Assembly: GCA_963705255.1 (NCBI GenBank)
Contig: OY970061.1
Coordinates: 1,024,001 to 1,088,000, forward strand
Direction of reading: 5' to 3'
Length of the DNA stretch: 64,000 nt
From: an uncultured Methanoregulaceae archaeon
Lineage (GTDB): Archaea > Halobacteriota > Methanomicrobia > Methanomicrobiales > Methanospirillaceae
The notes beneath the pieces were generated by a model that made no database searches, had not been told where the DNA came from, and saw only the letters and a program-made list of their open reading frames with translations. Shown here piece after piece: positions 59,214-64,000 of the stretch. The position numbers and the translations under genes are program-made. Each line of letters starts with the position of its first letter. Position 1 is the first letter of the stretch.

Positions 59214-60530
59214 ATGAAATATACAGTTCTTCTCATCGCATTCGTCGTGTTTGGTGCCCTCATTGCAGGCTGCACCCAGCAGGCTGCGCCACAGGCGCAG
59301 TCCCAGCAGAATGCGGTCAAAGTCGGAGTCATCGCGTCACTGACCGGCCCGGCCAGCAACGTGGGGACGAGCATGTGGCAGTCTGCGCAGGTCGCAGCTG
59401 CCGAGATCAACGCAAACGGCGGTATCAATATCAAGGGAACCAAAGTCCCGATCCAACTGGTGGTCGGCGACGACGAGTCAACCCAGCAGGGCGGCCAGAC
59501 GGCAGCAAACCAGCTGATCACCGGTGATAAGGTTGACATCCTCGTCGGAGGGTACTCGAGCGCGGTCACCTCGTCGTACGAGCAGACCGTTGCCGAGTAC
59601 AAGATCCCGTATATCGTGACCGGTGCATCGAGCCCGATCATCACCCACCGGACCGACATCGACACCAGCTACATCTTCCACCACTGTCCCACCACCGACA
59701 CCTACGGGCAGTACACTACGACATTTATCGACCAGGTGGTCCGGCCCGCCGTCAACCAGAAGCTGAATGCCCCGGCCACGCGCCCGTTCCGCCTCGCCCT
59801 GATCTACCAGGATACCGCATTCGGCAAGGGTGTTCAGACAGCGGTGAACGCAACGATCACCAAGAACAAGCTGAACATCGTGCTCGTCTCCCAGCAGAGC
59901 TTCAAGATGGGAGAGAGCGACTTCCGGACGCCCCTGACCGCGATCAAGGCGGCAAATCCCGATGCAGTGTACATCGCTGCATTCCCGAACGAGGGCGCCC
60001 CGCTCATCACGCAGGCGCGGAGGGATATCGGGCTGAACACGATATTCCTGAATGTAGAGAACAATGACAACGCCCAGTTCTACAAGGACCTTGGCCAGTA
60101 CGGCGAAGGGTCCATCATCGAGAGCCGTTTCTCACCCTACACCGCACCGGCCGGTGCGGTCGCCGATGCCCAGAACACCTTCAAGAACAGCTATACTGCG
60201 AAGTTCGGAACGTCCCCGGATATGATGGGCGCATCCACGTATGAGGGAATTTACATAGCATCGAAGGCGATCGAGAACGCGGGCACGACCGACAAGGCCA
60301 CCGTAAGGCAGGCCCTTGTCAACCTGAACATGCCCCAGATCATCGAGGCCATGAAAGACGGGAAGATCTCGTTCTCGAGCGACTTCCGCGAGTCGCAGTT
60401 CGACCTGTGGATGGAGCAGTTGGCCTTCAATTCCACGATCGGCGAGTGCAGGCCGAACATCGTCTGGCCTGACAACCTGAAAGTGACCGGATTTACGCTC
60501 CCTGCCTGGTATTCTCCAGGCAGCGCGTGA
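59214..60530 (+). CDS. Liv-type ABC substrate-binding lipoprotein
   Basis: IAGC lipobox, VKVGVIASLTG, EINANGG, GGYSS, DFRTPLTAIK. Confidence 0.9.
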   Translation: MKYTVLLIAFVVFGALIAGCTQQAAPQAQSQQNAVKVGVIASLTGPASNVGTSMWQSAQVAAAEINANGGINIKGTKVPIQLVVGDDESTQQGGQTAANQLITGDKVDILVGGYSSAVTSSYEQTVAEYKIPYIVTGASSPIITHRTDIDTSYIFHHCPTTDTYGQYTTTFIDQVVRPAVNQKLNAPATRPFRLALIYQDTAFGKGVQTAVNATITKNKLNIVLVSQQSFKMGESDFRTPLTAIKAANPDAVYIAAFPNEGAPLITQARRDIGLNTIFLNVENNDNAQFYKDLGQYGEGSIIESRFSPYTAPAGAVADAQNTFKNSYTAKFGTSPDMMGASTYEGIYIASKAIENAGTTDKATVRQALVNLNMPQIIEAMKDGKISFSSDFRESQFDLWMEQLAFNSTIGECRPNIVWPDNLKVTGFTLPAWYSPGSA

Positions 60531-60578
60531 TCCATACCACACCTCTTTTTATTGCTGACTGACGGATTAGTGATCGGT

Positions 60579-61457
60579 ATGGTTGACCTCGGGATTCTGC
60601 TCCAGATCCTTTTCTGGGGGATATATGCAGGGTGCATCTACATCCTGCTCGCGACGGGACTGAACCTGATCTTCGGTGTCATGAAGATCGTCAATTTCGC
60701 GCACGGAGAGTTCCTCATGATCGGCGCATATATCACGGCAACCATCTTTTTCGCGACCGGGTTCAACCCCTACGCCATCATCGTTCTGTCCATGCTTGCG
60801 CTCATGGCCATTGGTGCACTCGTGGAGCGGCTCTGCTTCCGTCCAATCCTTGGCACGAGCAAGCTCAACGAGATCTTCCTCTCCATCGGCCTGATCTACA
60901 TCTTCCAGAACAGTGCCGCCATGATCTGGGGCGACCAGTGGCAGAGTATCCGGAGTCCGTACCAGGGGATAACGGTCCCGGTGGGGTCGCTCAACGTCCC
61001 CGTCGACTACCTCATCATCATGACGGTTACTGCCGTGATCCTTTGTCTGCTGTACCTGTTTTTAAGAAAGACGAAGACCGGCCGCCAGATGCGGGCCACC
61101 AGCCAGAACCGAAAAGGGGCGATGCTGGTCGGGATCAATGTCGAGCGGATGGACATCCTGAGCTTTTCCATCGGTTGCGCCCTTGCCGCAGCGGCAGGAA
61201 CGCTCTGGGTGGTGAGCGGTCAGGTCTTTAACCCGTACATGGGCTCCATTCCCGCGGTCAAGGCGTTTGCCATCATCATCCTTGGCGGCCTGGGGAGCAT
61301 CCCCGGCGCAATTGTTGGTGGCCTGCTCTATGGCATTGCAGAGAATGGCGCCGCGTATTTCCTTGGAGGGGTGTGGAAGGATGCGATCTCCTTTATCATC
61401 CTGATTATCGTGCTGATCGTAAAACCGACAGGGCTTTTCGGTGAGTCCGGGGAATGA
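60579..61457 (+). CDS. livH: Branched-chain amino acid ABC permease
   Basis: GLNLIFGVMKIVNFAHGE, GRQMRA, ILGGLGS, KPTGLFG. Confidence 0.93.
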   Translation: MVDLGILLQILFWGIYAGCIYILLATGLNLIFGVMKIVNFAHGEFLMIGAYITATIFFATGFNPYAIIVLSMLALMAIGALVERLCFRPILGTSKLNEIFLSIGLIYIFQNSAAMIWGDQWQSIRSPYQGITVPVGSLNVPVDYLIIMTVTAVILCLLYLFLRKTKTGRQMRATSQNRKGAMLVGINVERMDILSFSIGCALAAAAGTLWVVSGQVFNPYMGSIPAVKAFAIIILGGLGSIPGAIVGGLLYGIAENGAAYFLGGVWKDAISFIILIIVLIVKPTGLFGESGE

Positions 61458-61461
61458 CGGG

Positions 61462-62463
61462 ATGAAAATCAGCTGTGATCGTCTGGCCCGTTACACCCCT
61501 CTTGTCATTATCGCGATAGCGGCAGCCGTTCCTTTCCTGTCCGGTGACCTCTACCTCCTCAACATCCTCACCCTCATGCTCATCTTCATCATCTTCTCCT
61601 CCGCATGGAACCTCCTCGCCTACTCCGGGCAGGGCTCGCTTGGTCATGCAGCGTTCTTCGGGATCGGGGCGTATGCCTCGACCCTGATTGCCATAAAAAG
61701 CGGCATCCCGCCGGTCATCTCGATCTTTTTTGGCGCGGCCGTAGCCGCATTCATCGGGGTCCTTATCGGGCTCACCTGTTTCCGGCTGAGGGAATGGTTC
61801 CTTGCCATGGTCACCTTCGGCTTTGCCATCATCGTCCAGACGATCACGGTCAGCCTCCTCGCCCCGCTCAGCGGCGGCTGGGACGGGATGGCCTCCCCGC
61901 GGCTGGTGAGCCCCGCAATACCGGGATACCAGGTGATCGAATATTACGCTATCCTCCTCATCACGATCGGCAGTATCCTTGCTATCCATCTCATCCTGCG
62001 GTCCCGGATCGGCCTCGCCTTCTCCGCCATCCGGGAGAACGAGACCGAGGCACGGGCGGCAGGAGTAGACCCCGTACGGGTCCGGCTCCTTGCCTTTGCC
62101 ATCAGCGCCTATATCGCAGGTGTCGCCGGGGCACTCGAGATCCACTCCATCGGGTACATCACTCCGGAGATATTCGGGGTCGACATCTCGTTCTGGCCGG
62201 TCACCTACGTAATCTTCGGCGGCCTCGGGACGCTTGCCGGGCCCGTGATCGGGACCGTGGTCCTCATGTCAACGTGGGAAGGACTCAAGCTTGGCGGGTT
62301 CACCTTCGGGCGCTACATCATCGTCGGCGTCCTGCTGATCCTCGTGATCATCTTCCTGCCACGGGGGCTGGTCTCCCTCCCGGAAGAGATCAGAAAACGG
62401 GTTGCCGCGTGGAAGGAAAGGCGTGATCTCCCCGCAAAAACGGACAGGGTATCCGGGCGGTGA
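61462..62463 (+). CDS. livM: Branched-chain amino acid ABC permease
   Basis: GQGSLGHAAFFGIGAY, AIRENETEA, GGLGTLAGP, LPRGL. Confidence 0.93.
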   Translation: MKISCDRLARYTPLVIIAIAAAVPFLSGDLYLLNILTLMLIFIIFSSAWNLLAYSGQGSLGHAAFFGIGAYASTLIAIKSGIPPVISIFFGAAVAAFIGVLIGLTCFRLREWFLAMVTFGFAIIVQTITVSLLAPLSGGWDGMASPRLVSPAIPGYQVIEYYAILLITIGSILAIHLILRSRIGLAFSAIRENETEARAAGVDPVRVRLLAFAISAYIAGVAGALEIHSIGYITPEIFGVDISFWPVTYVIFGGLGTLAGPVIGTVVLMSTWEGLKLGGFTFGRYIIVGVLLILVIIFLPRGLVSLPEEIRKRVAAWKERRDLPAKTDRVSGR

Positions 62464-62713
62464 CCCCGGGGAGATACCGAAAGTTACAGAGACCGCGGGA
62501 TGCCCGGATTCTCTTCCCTCTCCTCAGGTTCAGCGAGAACCGATCATCCGCAAAGGATACCCTCCCGGGCTTTGTATCGCAACCGTATTCTCCATGACGG
62601 TAGCAGAAACCGGTTTTTTCCCCGCTGCCAGTTCATGTCCCGGTGTTTTGCACCCCGGTCATCTCGGTTTTCCCGGCTGCCCGTGTATCCCGGGCAGAAT
62701 TTTTGTGATACTC

Positions 62714-64000
62714 TTATTTCATGAAGAGCACGTCGTACCTTCTCCCACGTTTCCGGATGGCCACCATGATCAGGGCAAGGAGAAAAATACTGAATGCGAT
62801 GATAAGAATAGTTCCGGTAGTGCCGCCCGGGAATGCCGGCAACCGGATCCCCGTGGCGTTCCGGGCTAATCCGGTAGCCTGCGTTCCATTAATGGCTGCG
62901 GACGGAGACTGGCTTTTCACTGTGACCAGGCCGAATAGGGAAAGCCCGTGAGGCGAGGGGGCTTCGAATATGAGGTTTCCACCCGCATCAGTTCCGGCAT
63001 AGGTGGTCGCAAGAAGTTCCGTAAGTTTATCGTCACCGATCCGAACGACACGGACGGCAGGGATGCCGCCGTTCTGGTCCACCCAGCCTGGGGGGGTCGT
63101 CATGCGGACGACAGCGGGAGCGGTCGCGGGTATCCCGGATTTCAGGAATGTGGCCGTGTAGCCGACTGACGTGATACTCTGGTCTTTCTGCACTGCCGCC
63201 TGCTGGAATGCGGTACGGGTCTGGTCCGTGACCTGGTCGGATATCGTGACACCGATGTCGGCACGTGCCGGGATGGTCGGCAGGGATGCTTCTGCTGTTA
63301 CAGCGACCTGACCAATATTGACCTGTGCAGGAGCCGGTTGGACCACGAAATTGACATCCTGTACCGAGCCGGTGATCAGACCGAGGGATGTCTGCTGGAT
63401 ATTCTGGCCGTCAATGACCAGCACGTTTTGGGACCGGGAGGCGGTCACACGGTTCCCCCTGACATCGATTACGTAACCGGCATTTTGTGCCGTTATCCGG
63501 TTGAGCAGGAACGATTGCTCACCACCTGGGAGTGACAGGGCCTGGAACCCATCCGGTATGATACCTATTCTGATCGTGATGACATGGTTGGTCGGGGGGC
63601 TCACCGCCGGGATTTTCGGTGAAGGTCCCGGCGAAACCGGTGGTGCCCCGGTGACCGGGGGCCCTGTTATCACCTGCTGGATCAGGCCACCCCTGGACCC
63701 TGTGCTGCCGCCACTGCTGCTGAACACCGGTGTCGGGGGAGGAGTGGCAGTAATAAACCCGAACTTGGAGGTCGTATTCGTCCCTGACGAATTGGTGACA
63801 GACAGGTTAACCGTGTACATTCCGGCTGTGGTATACGTGTGATTTGCATCACGCTGGGTGGCGTCAGTCGTATTGAACCAGTTGCTGTCACCAAACGACC
63901 AGTTCCATACCGTGATGCCGGGAGAGGTTGACGAGTCGGTGAACTGGACAAAGAGCGGGATTGTCCCCGAAGTCGGGGACCCGGTGAAGTCAACGCCATT
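62714..64000 (-). CDS. PKD-domain cell-surface protein with C-terminal TM anchor (start beyond window)
   Basis: Frame continues to window end: FTGSPTSGTIPLFVQFTD...WNWSFGD...HTYTTAGMYTVNLSVTN (PKD); FEAPSPHGLSLF motif; TM + basic tail. Confidence 0.88.
   Translation of the reverse strand, partial: NGVDFTGSPTSGTIPLFVQFTDSSTSPGITVWNWSFGDSNWFNTTDATQRDANHTYTTAGMYTVNLSVTNSSGTNTTSKFGFITATPPPTPVFSSSGGSTGSRGGLIQQVITGPPVTGAPPVSPGPSPKIPAVSPPTNHVITIRIGIIPDGFQALSLPGGEQSFLLNRITAQNAGYVIDVRGNRVTASRSQNVLVIDGQNIQQTSLGLITGSVQDVNFVVQPAPAQVNIGQVAVTAEASLPTIPARADIGVTISDQVTDQTRTAFQQAAVQKDQSITSVGYTATFLKSGIPATAPAVVRMTTPPGWVDQNGGIPAVRVVRIGDDKLTELLATTYAGTDAGGNLIFEAPSPHGLSLFGLVTVKSQSPSAAINGTQATGLARNATGIRLPAFPGGTTGTILIIAFSIFLLALIMVAIRKRGRRYDVLFMK

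Overview
GC-rich archaeal chromosome segment. Gene content (RFC/MCM/NMD3/MptD, PoK-PPS CoA pathway, AglJ, split archaeal glutamate synthase with an FrhB-like subunit, DUF3821 and PKD surface proteins) points to a Methanomicrobiales methanogen, probably Methanoregula/Methanolinea-like (inference). Most of the window is housekeeping: replication/repair, cofactor synthesis, nitrogen assimilation, RNA maturation, NrdD, signalling and a Liv-type ABC transporter. About nine genes carry single-base frameshifts that look like assembly errors. The best candidate for an undescribed system is a 1.3-kb AT-rich cassette (23708-25033) bounded by a perfect 17-bp direct repeat. It encodes a 3-TM protein resembling Pycsar membrane effectors, followed by three tandem 43-47 aa peptides, missed by the ORF track, that share the motif TxSWGTxD[PR]x[LI]R[DE]. 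Other notable items: a ~600-bp non-coding array of about a dozen hairpins (about 2790-3400) with a related copy near a stand-alone TIR gene, an internally deleted amtB pseudogene, and an NrdD lacking its glycyl-radical C-terminus. No rRNA, tRNA, CRISPR array, integrase or transposase was recognised. All family calls come from motif recognition by eye, not database searches.
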